A DNA stretch of 64,000 bases from Antedon mediterranea (lineage: Eukaryota > Animalia > Echinodermata). Under the pieces are notes generated by a model. It saw only the letters and a list, made by a program, of their open reading frames with translations. It searched no databases and had not been told where the DNA came from. Below, piece by piece: positions 36,336 to 50,500 of this stretch. The stretch's first letter is position 1. Each line of letters starts with the position of its first letter. The stretch covers positions 10,845,812 through 10,909,811 of the forward strand of contig NC_092675.1 of the NCBI RefSeq assembly GCF_964355755.1, in the 5' to 3' direction. The position numbers were made by a program, and so were the translations under genes.

Positions 36336-38984
36336 GCTGCAAAGTATATGTTCACTTGTAGGTTTTTACACAAATTTTAAAAGCCATATTGGGGTCTTTA
36401 GAAAGTAATTCCATTTTACAGGAAGCACATTATTAGACTAACAATGGATAAGTCAATGCTAGGCAATGGTATAAAAATAATTATGTAGCATTGATTTTTA
36501 CAAGTTTAAAGACCCATTCCCTACAATTTGTGACGTTTTGTGAAAATATTGCATATATTATTACTTTAAAAACATTAAACCAGGTCATTCCTTGTCTTAA
36601 TTGTACGTTTTATGGTAAATTATGATAAAAAGAGAGAAACAATGCACTACAAGTAGCTCGCAGTGAATGTCCTCTCGTGGGCGGTTTTTAGGCCTAGCCT
36701 AGCTAGGCATAGTTTTTTAGGCCTAGCTGGGAAACATCGGTAAGGTACGGACATCGTACGCTAGCTATATGCCTAGGCTGACGTTGTATAGTTGCTGCAT
36801 TAATTATCTTTCTGTTTTTGCCAGACTCCGTTGATACAAATTGGGGGAACCCAGTATTTTTGCTGAGAAGTTAGGAGTCTCCCATTTGTTTTGGCCTCAT
36901 GATCAATCGAAAAGTGGGTGAATTACAGAAGAAAAACAAAAATATCAATCCGGACGCAATGCATCTTGGGATTTTTTGCGGCTAACATTATAAAATTCGC
37001 CTTATTTTTCACATTTTTAACCATTTAAAGACGAAAAAAGTTATCTCAATACGACCATATAGTATTTATTTTTACATTAAATGTAATTTGTGACCTTAAA
37101 TTAGATCTAAAAAAAAAAAAATGTTATTCCAGGTATCATTTCTCTATCTAGCTTTAATATCACACCTAAGTATCCTTGCCATTTGATTGGTTTATTTTGA
37201 ATCAATTCTCTACAATTGGAAGTACTATTGCACGCTTTTTGTAAACATTCACTGTGCAATGTGAATCTGTATACGTCTATGTCTATACCTGCTCTACAGC
37301 CAAAATCTTAGAGCCGCCTTATTGAATGGCCAAACCCTCGCAGTGGTGTAATGCTGTGGGAATAGGCCCCTGGTTTAGCCTTCCAATGCTGGGTAGTTGC
37401 ATTGGGGTTGCTATGTGGCCCCCTTATGAGATACCTTGGGTTTGCAAATGAGCGCTGGATATTCAGCTATTAATTCCTGATGGATACAACGGGATAAATG
37501 GATCAAATTTTATCTTTTAAAAGTTTTATTATAAAACAAAGGAATGTTTTGTGTTTTATTGAATGTGGAGAATGCTTTATTCAGCGAAAGTTTGAATGAG
37601 CCCTTGGTTCTAAATTCTTTGAATTTCTTGCTGATTAGACCACAATCTTTCAACTTTGTCATTATAGATAATATTTTTTTATGGATTTACATAAAAATCA
37701 CCATTTGTTTTCATACCATATACATGAGCTAGTGTGAAAATATTCTCAATCACATTTAATTAAAGGTCACATGCATGCATGTATACTTTTAAGATGATTT
37801 GTAATTCATTTAAAAAGACATTATCTCAAGATGTTTTTTTTATATAAAAGGATTTGTTTAAAATTCACAGTTTATTCATACTTAAATATGAGTATTGATT
37901 TTGAGTTGATTTTGAATGAGGTTTGGGTAGTCTATGTCTATTAAAATTTTGGCAAATTATGATGTTTTCTTATTTTAAAGTTGTGAATAATAGAATAATT
38001 GTGTTTCACACACACTATTTACCAGATTTGGCTAATGGTCTATAATATTCCAATAAATGAATACTCAGAAATATCAAGTTTTATGCACAAAAAAAATTAA
38101 CTCAAATCAAAAAATTAACTCAAATCGGCTGTTGTTAAACTGTTATACACAATTTACTTGTTTATTTTTATTGGTTTTTATTTTACATTACACACATCAA
38201 ATGTATTCTATAATATAATAGATATTATATTTTTTTAATTTAATCAATTAGGTATGTAGAACATTAATTTAACCATAAATTTGTATTTATATAAACCTTA
38301 ATTAAATACATTTAAACATTATTAATTTAGTATGATAATAAATATTATTTTGGTGGCAGTTTATTTTAATGTTATTACTGGAATAATTAAAAGTAATTTA
38401 TTTTACAAGTGCATAGCCAGAATGTTTTTCATTAGTTAAGGCCTACTTACTATGGCTTGTCTCTAGTTCAAAAGGGGTTGTTTTAGCCAGGGGGAAATAT
38501 TTTTTTTATTAGGTTAAATATAACTTAACATAACCCTCTCTTAATTCTCTCTCTCTCTTAGTCTTCTATTGAAAAAAAACATGGATGTTATTTATGTACA
38601 TCGCACCCAAGGTGCCTGAAGCCTATATACCTCTCGACCAACTCTTTGGCTTGGTATTTGATCTCTGTCCATGCTTATAATATAGCGCCCACTGAAATTT
38701 CCTTATTTATGTCGTAATTAATCTCATCAATTTTGCCTTCTTTATAGGAGAAAAAAATCATGCAGCTGCAGAGGGCTGAACCTCCCTTTTGCCTGAAGTT
38801 GCTACATAATAATCGTAAATGTTGCTGTTCAGTTTTAAAGAAAAAAGTAGTATATGAATTATAAACAATTTTATATAAAATTTTGACTGAAATGAATTTT
38901 TTTTATTTTGTGGTTTGGTAAGACATTGTACCGATTAAAATGTTGAACCATGGCAGACACCTCATTTGAACCATGGCAGACACC

Positions 38985-39468
38985 CAGTGATCCGAAGGCT
39001 GGATAGCAATCTATAATGTTATCGCAGTTCAAAAAGTTATTCTCCATGGAGAGGGAACCAACAAGATGGCGGCTGCAATTGACCAATCAGATATGCCTAT
39101 GCTGTACGCACTACTACGCCTGTGTTGAGCCTATCTGCATGAGAACGATACGCAATGCAGCGGCGTTAAGCGTATAAACGCGAACACATTCTATATGATC
39201 CTCGTTATACAAAAAATGCTAGCTAACCAAGAAATTATTCATTCCATTGCGATTAACAATATATTTAATTTTATAAAAACTTCACTGTGCTTTAGCAAGA
39301 ATGTGTTGTAATTTATGTGGTCTTAATGTATTATATTAGATTATTATTTTCTGTATTAAATAATGTTTTTGAACACATTTACGGCCGCCATCTTGTTGGT
39401 TTCCCCTCCTGTTGGAATCACTTTTCAGTCTGGAGTACGCCCTCTAGCCTTCGGCTTACAGCTCTCTG
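38985..39468. mobile_element. hAT-like MITE with 8-bp TSD inserted in a minisatellite
   Basis: CAG...CTG ends, CAGACACC duplicated (38977-38984, 39469-39476), internal inverted motifs ccgaaggct/agccttcgg and aaccaacaagatggcggc/gccgccatcttgttggtt. Confidence 0.75.
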
Positions 39469-40170
39469 CAGACACCTCATTTGAACCATGGCAGACACCT
39501 CATTTGAGCAATGGCAGACACCTTATTTGAACCATGGCAGACACCTCATTTGAACAATGGCAGACACCTCATTTGAACCATGGCAGACACCTCACTTGAA
39601 CCATGGCAGACACCTCATTTGAACCATGGCAAACACATCATTTGAACCATGATAGACACCTCATTTGAACCATGGCAGACACATCATTTGAACCATGACA
39701 GACACATCACTTGAACCATGGCAGACACCTCACTTGAACCATGGCAGACACCTTATTTAAACCATGACAGACACATCATTTGAACCATGATAGACACCTC
39801 ATTTTAACCATGGCAGACACCTCACTTGAACCATGGCAGACACATCATTTGAACCATGACAGACACATCATTTGAACCATGATAGACACCTTATTTGAAC
39901 CATGGCAGACACCTCACTTGAACCATGGCAGACACATCATTTGAACTATGACAGACACCTTATTTGAACCATGGCAGACACCTCACTTGAATCATGGCAG
40001 ACACATCATTTGAACCATGACAGACACCTCATTTTAACCATGGCAGACACCTCACTTGAACCATGGCAGACACATCATTTGAACCATGACAGACACATCA
40101 TTTGAACCATGATGGACACCTTATTTGAACCATGGCAGACACCTCACTTGAACCATGGCAGACACCTCAC
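39469..40170 (+). repeat. 23-bp minisatellite, about 30 copies
   Basis: (cagacacctcatttgaaccatgg)n with variants. Two more units lie at 38943-38984. Confidence 0.95.
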
Positions 40171-41619
40171 CATCATCAACAGCATTAAATAGTCAAAACA
40201 AGTGTTTACTATTTTAAATTTCTATGAGTTAAAAAGTACTTTGCACTCTATTAGTAGATAAAAACAATTGTGATTTACTTTTTGTGTGACCATTGAATTC
40301 AATATGTTTTTCTGTATGGTGTTGTCTTTCTGTAAATTAACACCTACTATTGTATTAAAAACATTAATTTAAAAAGGGAGATACTTAAAATAAAATATTT
40401 CTATCCACCTTAATGGACAACTTTTGCCAAAAGTAATATATTTTTTTACCACTGGACAGAAAAATAACAATATAAATACAGTATCTTAGCAACCATTGCT
40501 CAGAAATTGATCATTTTGTTCTCAAATTATTTGCTTATTAATTGTCTGACTATGCTGTAATCCTGGTGGGTGCTTTGGAAAACTTCAAAACTTATCTACA
40601 AGGTCCTGATCTGCAAAAAAAAAGAAAAAAATCCGAAATGTTCGAAGTTAAAACCCATTTAACCGATATGCAACGTTAGCTGCAATGCAACTAACTTATT
40701 TTCCTGGTAAATATTTACAATCAAATATCCCCTAGATATGAAAATATACAAAACAATTAATATCGAGAAGTAAAAATAGTATCAAAATGCTTAGTAAATT
40801 GTAGATTGTGACAATATTGAATTCTACTACAAATATACCGGTAAATGTACTGAGAGGGGTGTGGGGTGCATTTATTCAAAATTATGTTCTATGGGGGAGG
40901 GGGTTATTCAAATGAGGCATTTATTCAATTATTAGAATAAATACGGTAATAGCACCTCCTACTACAACAACACAAAAATTAACCCCTTCCTTGACATTTG
41001 AACCTAATTCCATGAACACCTTGAAGACACTGTATCATAACAATACATATGTAAAGGTCAAAACTTTCCTATGTTATTTGTGGGATAAGTAGTCTTTTCT
41101 TCTTTTATTTTTGAAATTAAGACCATACTCACCTCTATGTGACCTTTGAATTTGAAAACAGCGCCCAGAATCTGATAAGAATTTGAATCGCAAGGGTTAT
41201 CTGCCTTTAAGTGCGGGAAAACTATAAATATGACCAATTGAGCAAATCTAGGTGTGTCTATGTGAAGTATGACATTGTTACAGCGTGTACAAGTCAAAGT
41301 TCCCTTTGAAACAATTTCTTCTATATAGCATATTGAAACATGTGGAAATGATTTAAAATTATATGAAATGATCTCCATGTGTAATACAAGATATTGCGAC
41401 AGACACAGTTAAATTTGTCCATATAGGCTAACTTTGAAATTTAATATTGTGCTTTATGTTTGCAAAAAAACCTCACAAAAATCCTTTAAAAATAAAGAAC
41501 ATATGTTTGATATAAAAGAATTTATAAATTATTTCTCAATTTGGATTTAGAGAAAAACACACTACATCAACATTTTTTATATTGATTATATCAGCTTTAG
41601 ATAATACATATGCATACAA

Positions 41620-42020
41620 TTGCTATTTCTCAACCTTATGGAATTAGGGCCCAAAATGGTTTAGAAGTTACCTTTTTGATAATAAAAACTTTAAAAATCA
41701 ACCTGCAGGTCTGTTACATGTGGTCTTTCCCATGGTTCGATTCTGGGCCCACTTCTTAATTTATGCAAATGTTAATACTATATCTAAAGTTATGTTGTCA
41801 ATACTATTTGTGGATGATTCAAGTCTGTTTTATTCAAATGTTGATCCATACTGTCTGTGACATTGTTAATTCAGGTGTATATGCTGAAAATCAATTTTAT
41901 GTAACAGATTTAACATGTTAACAAAAGATATCATTTTCAATGTTCTTATATTCAGTACCCATACAAAATGTGTTGGTATATGTATTGACGACAGATTAGA
42001 CTGGAAAGCTCATGATAATA
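41620..42020 (+). mobile_element. Old LINE RT remnant
   Basis: Degenerate PHGSILGPLL and ILFVDDSSLF motifs. Confidence 0.55.
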
Positions 42021-44505
42021 ATGACTACCAATTACTGCTTTATCTATGTTCACTTTAATATCTTTTTTCTATTTTGTATATGTTCATTCATTATTATCTG
42101 AATAAATGTTATCTGAATGTAAATTACCATTGTAAATTACTATCTAAAATTGTATAAATTGAAATCAATATTTCCTAAGAAAATAATAAATACTTTTTTT
42201 ATTCCACTCTTAGTCTTATATCATCGTACTTAAATCCTGAAATAAACAGTAGAAAAAATTGATTTTATAGCATTATAGGGACTACATTTTTAGAACCATG
42301 CATTATAGTATTTTGTTCAAGGAAGAGAAAACATTTATTTTTTGTTTATGTTTAATTTACTTCATTTGACCTCTGTAATGTTTACAACATTTTAGAAAAT
42401 ATGACTAATCCAAATTTACTTTTGTTTACATTAACTTCCTTTATCTTGCATAAAAGTTTATAAGATAAGCTCTCCAATTAAATTACATTGTTAAAAAGAT
42501 AATCATCTCCAATTAAAGATAAAATTAGGTTAATGTGTATCAGTAATTGCAATAGTATCAGCTAATTGCTGATATTTTGTCACATTTATGTACATATTTA
42601 TGGTCAACGTCTGTCGCAAACAACATAGTTGTACATAAATCGGAACAATGGCAGAATCTAAGCTAAGTACCTTGGTTAGTCCTCCTATCATTGATTAATG
42701 GATGCTTTCAAACAGCTGTGTCCACCTTGACCAGAGGAAAGACAATACAGCCGAGGCAGATACTAGATGCAGGGGCTGACATAGGATTCAGCAGTGACTG
42801 ATATATAGCTCTATATATTATACAGCACACGATATTCCAGTCTCCCGACCTACCCACTTTTTAAAATTTACCCAGGTCAATTTAAAGCACACTAGCCATT
42901 GACCACCATCATGGAGCAAGTTAGTCATGAGATAAATTATAGCGCCCTGTCTTAAACGCTTGTCCATCAACTCAAACATTATTTTTACCCCTAGCCAATA
43001 TTTTTTGTTATGTTTCCATTTTGATTCCTTTTTTAATCTCCCGTTATACTTTAGTTAGTGTCATCTGGTGTACATTCAGTCACTCCAGTCTTGCTATAAA
43101 AATATGAAATACAATCTACAAAGATTCTACATCATCAGCATGTTTTGCCAGTTTTTTCCTGATATCATGGTAGCAATTCATGCACCATATTGAAAACATG
43201 TTTTTACAATCAGAGAAGATGACACAAATCAAACAGTGATAGTATTAATTAGTTTACTTTGGCTGTTTACAGATTGTTCTGATGTGAATGGGGTCAGGGA
43301 CAATTTAGTGGGTTATCAATAGGGTCAATAATCATTAAGTCACAAAATCATGTAAATAGAGCCTAAGCACCAGTAGGCCTATATTTATATTGTCATTGCT
43401 ATCTAAAAAACCCCAGGCAATTATAAATACATTATGACTGTAAACTGCAGATCACAAAAATGATGTATGCCAACATACCATATTTGGCTAGGATATGTAA
43501 ATATGCCATGGATTTCGAATTAAACCAATGAAAATGGACATCATTTAATGAGAAAACTACCAAATAAAAATCCGGGTACATATCACCAGCCAGCTACCAG
43601 GCCCGGCGCGGTCCAGGAATGATTAATATTATTATCTGCATATTATAAGATATATCATTCGTATTGTTTGCTAAGAAGCTAGCCTTAACCAAGAAGTGTT
43701 TACTGTTTTGAAAATCCCATCAAATGTTTACCAGTCTACTTTAGACTTAGATCATTCTTAGTCTTGAGAAACTGTCATTACCTCTTTGTGAGAATTAAGA
43801 AGTGTCATCTTGTTGGATCTGTGAAATGTCCAAACATGTATATTCAAATATTTTTGAGTGACAAGACAATCACATGCTTGATGTCAAAACATGTGACATT
43901 GATGTGTTTACCTAGACAGTGATTCCAACTACCATGTGTGCCGAAATATTAAGCTGAATCGCTGTGTAAAACCTAGACTAATACTGCATACAAAATAGGG
44001 CAATCTGTTGCAGCACTGAAACTTAACATAGTAACTAGCCAACCAACACTATTTTCGCTGATCCATTTGAAACCTTTACAGAATGCAAAAAGTTTCAGTA
44101 TTATTCATTGTCTTCATGTAATTAATATTTGCTGACCATCTACCACAGAAAAAAAACAGAATGAAATTTGTGTCTAACAAAGAAAATATAAACAAAATAT
44201 TGAATGTACCAATATACTGTAATTATGAATAATGAGGTTAAGGAGACAAGTGTATAATTAGTAAATAGGCCTATCAGTACCTGATTATGATACCCAAAGA
44301 ACGATTGGCCCAAAAATTCCCATCTCCTAAATACTTAATTAGAATGATGACACTATCACTGATCACCTCATATACCAGAAACCAATGGCATAAAGCCAAC
44401 ATACTTAATTTCTTACTTTCAACCAATCATAGTCAAGTATTTTAACATATTGTGTAGTTGTTTACATGGCATGATTTAGCACCCCTGGACAGGTTTACTG
44501 GAACC

Positions 44506-44512
44506 TATAAAG
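44506..44512 (+). promoter_or_regulatory. TATA box of the vitellogenin-like gene
   Basis: TATAAAG about 25-35 bp upstream of a pyrimidine-rich Inr-like tract and 70 bp upstream of the ATG. Confidence 0.65.
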
Positions 44513-44575
44513 AATCTAGACGAAGCTGCTAGTCTCACTTTCTCAGTATTTTTGCTGATGATAGACTACGTCAAC

Positions 44576-47500
44576 ATGAAAACTTTCATCCTAGCTTTGT
44601 GTGTAGCGCTGGTATGCGGTAAGTTTGCATTTAACCTTTTTAATATTAGTTTCGTTTTATATTATACTTTAGTTCCTATTTGTAATTGTACAGCTTTTGC
44701 ATCATTTTAATTAGAAAAAATACTTGCCCCACTCTGTTCAAATGTAGTTTAAAACCTTCCCAGTACAAATTATGGTCATTTTCATATTCCATTACTCCCA
44801 AGTCACAACCACTGTGTATTCACATTACAATTCTGGTCATTACTCTACTACTCTCCTAGTACTTGAGTAGGCCTACTTTGCAAGCGGAGTTAGCAACCTT
44901 GGCAGCCCTCTGGTCAGGGTTTTAAGAAAGCCCTGTAAGCTCTGCATTTTAGAACAACTTAAAACATACAGTCTTCCATTAACTTTCCTTGGGAAATTGG
45001 TCACTAAATACAATTAAGTCCATCTAAATTTAACTTTAAAAAATCCAATGGGCAAATTGTAGCATAGAAAATATGGATCTAGCTAATGGGTTTTTAAATT
45101 TAACTGTTTGAGACTATGTAATCTAATATAAATGAATAAAGATTCAATAGGTCATATGCATTATGTATTATTAATTGATGACGAATTAAAATCTAGTTCA
45201 TATTTAGAGTTAACTTTTCTCTTGAATTCTTTGATTTTGTATTCTCAAATAATTATCTGTTATGAAATTTGTTCTCAGCTGAAACCATTTACTTGGAGCG
45301 CCAGCAGTCAAACGGTAAGTTTCTATAATCTGTTCAAGAAATTGTACTATAAGTTATTGCCTAAATCTCCATCAAGAATATTTGTATTACTTTTATTACA
45401 CACATCCGTCTTGTTGAAAATTAGGATATATTTGAATGCACATAAATTGAAAAAAATGGTAATCTAATTGTGATTATAATATCACTAATGAATACTTAAT
45501 CTGTTTTCTATAGAGTACATAACTCGTTTTGAGGCTGGTAAGAGCTACCTGTACAAATATGAAACGACAGTACTCTCTGGTGTCCCCCAGACTGGCAAAG
45601 AATTCCAGGGACACAAGATTAACACCTTTGTCAACATTACCTTTATGATTGAAGGTAACAACAAACGTGCTTTCCTACAGGTAATATTTTGTAACTTTTC
45701 TGCTTTAATAGTATTTTATTTAAAATTTTGACATAACTTGTTTTCCATTTATTCCACTTAAAACAATTAAACTTTATTTGTCACCAGTTGATAGAACCAG
45801 AACTCTTTGAGGTGAATGGAACTGTCTTCCCAACTGAATTCACCATCAATGAATCAAGCACATCAGAAAACTTAAGACAACAACTGTGTAATCCTGTTGA
45901 ATTCCACTATTCTATGGGAAATGTAAGTGAAATATTTAATTATTTAATAGCTATATTTAGTTCTTCTATAGCACCAAATTCCAAACAATTGGATCATTGC
46001 TCATGCCACTGTGAACTCAGATGTGTACACAACTACATGACACAGTGGCTGTATGTCAACTAGTATACCGGGGTGACCCCCTATTCTTCTGGAAAGATGT
46101 ATTAGGTTCTTTAAAGTGCACACAAACAATGTGTGTTAACTGGACTCTTTATAGTGCTTGTCTAAGAAGACTTGTTCCGCTACCACCAGAACCATTGAGC
46201 CATTGAGTAAGCCCCAAACCCTTTGCCGATGTTATTACTAGATTTTATTTTATTTTTTTATTTTATTTCAAAACATACCGTATCAGCGAGAAGTCATTTA
46301 TGTAATGCCTTATAATATAAAACAAAGCAAAAATACAAAATAAAAGTACCAAAAAGCACACATGCTTACCGTTCCATTTAACCACTCAGCCATTCACTCA
46401 CTATATTGATATAGATATAATTTATAGTTTCATTTCTGCTTTGACTAAAGCAAAAATCTGAATAAATAGATATGTTTAAAAAATGAGACAATGAACAATA
46501 ACATTCGGTTTGTGTTTTTAAGAAGGACTTGTGTCATCAAAACTATGTTATAGATTTGTTTGCAGAACTCAATAGCACTTCACAATTTCTAGTATACATA
46601 AAATAATTGTGCATAAATAATTCATTTTCTGAGCTCTTTCTGGAATAGAAGGATATACCCGGGGTATATACCTTGCTACAGTAGATCTACATCCAACTAA
46701 TATTATTAGTCAGGATAATACATCATATCTATTTATAGGTTTTCTTAATTCTTGTGTAGCCTTATATAAACTAAAGTAGGGTCACCAAATTATCTAATGA
46801 TGATAGGGGTAGACCAACAACCATGCCCTATTATCAGTGTTCAAACAACTAGTATCATAATAATCTTTTAATTTAAATAAACAAGTGTGATTATCTTGAT
46901 GGCCATATAAGAGAGTTTATGGCCTTGAGATTAATAGCTGTATTGTGATATTTTATCATGATATTACTAATAATGTCTATGTGTCAATTACTTGTTTTTA
47001 GTGATAATTTATGTTCTTTGACAGGCTTTGAAATAGCCTTAAACTATACCATTTTAATCTTTCTCGTTGAACAATTAAATTTCAATTTATATATCCTATA
47101 CTTACCGAATAAAACTTAAAAACCAGATTCCCACGAAAAAAGCCTTTAACAATACCTGCAACTGCTTAAAAAACATTAATTCTAAACCGCCGGTGATATA
47201 CTGAAATTTAATTTTCTGTCAAATTATAGAAACAGTGCTCATATTTGGAACATGATCTTATAATCACGTCGAGCATAAATATTCTGTTTTGCGGATTTTT
47301 TCTTCTGTTCTGTTTTCTTGGTCAATTTGTTTGGTTAGTTAAGCTATTTTCTGGTTTACTATTTTTTCCTCCACTTCACTAAGCACATTGAGACAAAATT
47401 GTTTGTGGAACGCACTATATAAATATATTAACATAAACAATTAACAATATAACAATGCATTGTTTAAAACTTTAATTGAGACAGTAAAAACAAACTACCA

Positions 47501-50500
47501 TTAAATCTGTACCACAAGTACAATAATTACTACTTTTTATTTTATATTGTTGTATCTTGGAAGATCAGTATATTCTATATAAAACTAAATCGATCATTAT
47601 TTTTATTATTAGGTTACAGAGGTTATTGCTCCAACAAATGAATCTGATTGGATGATGAACTTCAAGAAGGGTATCTTGAACATGTTTATTCTTCGCTTGG
47701 AAGATTCTGAAGATTCAACTGTGTTTTCTCGATTTGAGGTAAGCAGTGTCAAGTATATGCAGCAGAAACAAGATATTCCATTATCACCCTAGATACCACA
47801 TCGTTTTTTGGCCAAGCCTTTTAAGATCTATTACATGAATCAAATACATGATTATTTGTTTTTGTCTTAATAATCAGTAAAATTAAAGAATTTGACATTA
47901 GTAGGTTTGTGGTACGTACACCATGTGCTTGAAATAAATTAAGGTCGCAAATGTCTCAACGTTTCAGTTGTTAACATGTATTTGTACAGTAAACCTTTAA
48001 ACAATAGGAGAATTAAACATATATTGAATTTGTTTGACAGGAAGGTATCTCTGGTATTTGTGACACCATGTACCAGATTGAGATGAGACGCAACATTGAT
48101 GATATCTCTGTGATGAACATCACCAAGGTACGCGACTTTACCAACTGCACCTACTCACCAATGAAGGTTGAGACTCGTGCCCAAACCAAAGAATGCATTG
48201 CTTGTGAAGATACCAAGGTAATTTATTTCATATTTTAAACAAACCAGTTCTTTAGAACTATGATTATTTGTGAGTATTTGCACCCAGCCACCTTAAAACC
48301 TATGGTGATCGAGCTTTCGCAGTTGCAGCTCCTAAACTGTGGAACAATCTTCCTGATCCTATTAAAAATGCATCCTCTATCATTCAAAACACTCTTAAAA
48401 ACCCATATTTTTTCTTTGTAATTACCTCCACCAAGGAGGTTATGTTTTCACCCCTGTATGGTTTGTGTGTGTGTCTGTGAACAGCCTGGAGGCCACAGTT
48501 TTTATCCGATTCTCACCAAATTTGGCCACAATGATCTATGCCTCAAAAGCTCGGACGAGTTTGAGGAGAAAAGGTTATAGGTCAAGGTCACAACTAACAA
48601 AAAACTGTTTTACTGCATTACTGCATAGAGACAACAGTTTTTATCCGATTCTCACCAAACTTAGCCACAATGATCAATGACTCATCATATAATTGTGGTT
48701 AAATGTTGAAGGGTCAGGGTCAAAGATCAAGGTCCACAAAAAACAAAACAAAAAACAAAAAAAAATATAATAAAAAAAAAAACTTCAGTGGGACTTGAAC
48801 CAGCGATCTAAACTGTGAGAGGCTGGATACATAACCATTACACCAAACTCTCATCCACAACTTAGTAGTGTGCAGTTAGCCTATTTACACTTAGACCTAA
48901 TAAAAAAATATATATATATATATTTTCCGGGGACATTTTATGTAGGGGAATTTTACAGTAGACGGATGTTTGTACTCTCGGAGTACACTCTAGTTTCTTT
49001 CTGTTTTTTCTCTTAGCGCTTGGGGACAATCTTTTGATTGTATAAGCGCTATATAAATTGAACAACATTACATTACATTTGAACAAACTGACCTCTAGAG
49101 GGCTAATTTCAATATATGTATTTGAAAGAAATGTTCATTTCAAATTTATGAAAATAAATGAGGCATTTTAATATTAGATAAGGGTTTTCTTAATGCTAAA
49201 AAAACAAGTACCGTAATAAAAGTTTATACAGAGTTTAAAACAAATAAATAAAATAGGTAAAAGTATTTAAAGAAAAACATAAAAATAGCATGTGGTACTA
49301 CACAGGAGACTACTTTCTTTTCTGAATTGTTAAATATGTAACTGTAACTTATTCCTGTGTGGTTAAATTTTATTTAGACTACTTCACTGAAATCGATGGC
49401 TACCTTCAAATACAATGTTACTGGATATCGCAACAACTTCTTGATTGAGTCAGTTACTGCTGAAGGTCTTTACGTCTTCTATCCATATTCAATTGAAGGT
49501 GGATCTGCTAGGACTCTTGTCAAGTAAGTTACTTATTTACAGGCCTGTCAATGAAGAGTAGCTAAAGGCAGTTTAACTGAAAGAAAACTGAAAATTTGTA
49601 TTAGGCTCTCTATGCAAGAATCATCTGTGTAGCACTTTATGAACAAATTCACACCAGGAGTACTACTCTTTGCAAATACACTCAAACTATGAGGAGTACT
49701 ACTCTTTTAGAATACACTAACACCAAGAGTACTACTCTTTTAGAATGCACTCACACCAAGAATACAACTCTTTGCAAATACACTCACACCAAGAGTACTA
49801 CTCTTTTAGAATACACTCACACCTAGAGTATTACTCTTTTAAATACACTCACACCAAAAGTACTACTCTTTTTAAATACACTCATACCAAGAGTACTACT
49901 CTTTTAGAATGCCCTCACACCAAGAATACCACTCTTTGCAAATACACTCACACCAAGTGTACTACTCTTTTAGAATACACTCACACCTAGAGTATTACTC
50001 TTTTAAATACACTCACACCAAAAGTACTACTCTTTTTAAATACACTCACACCAAGAGTACTATTCTTTTTAAATACACTCACACCAAAAGTGCTACTCTT
50101 TTTAAATACACTCACACCAAAAGTACTACTCTTTTAAATACACTCACACCAAGAGTACTACTCTTTTTAATTACACTCACACCAAGAGTACTACTCTTTT
50201 TAAATACACTCACACCAAGAGTACTACTCTTTTTAAATACACTCACACCAAGAGTACTCTTTTTAAATACACTCACACCAAAAGTACTACTCTTTTTAAA
50301 TACACTCACACCAAGAGTACTACTCTTTTTAAATACACTCACACCAAGAGTACTACTCTTTTTAAATACACTCACACCAAGAGTACTCTTTTTAAATACA
50401 CTCACACCAAAAGTACTACTCTTTTTAAATACACTCACACCATTAGTACTACTCTTTAAAATCACACCAGGAATATTACTCCTTTAGGAGTCCTTAGGAC

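Noticed and set aside
39469-40170. CRISPR-like array of 23-bp repeats
   Set aside because: Units are contiguous with no unique spacers, the context is eukaryotic and there are no cas genes. It is a minisatellite.
49745-50487. Repetitive ORFs up to 192 aa
   Set aside because: Translations of the 33-bp minisatellite inside vitellogenin intron 7. The flanking exons join in phase without them.
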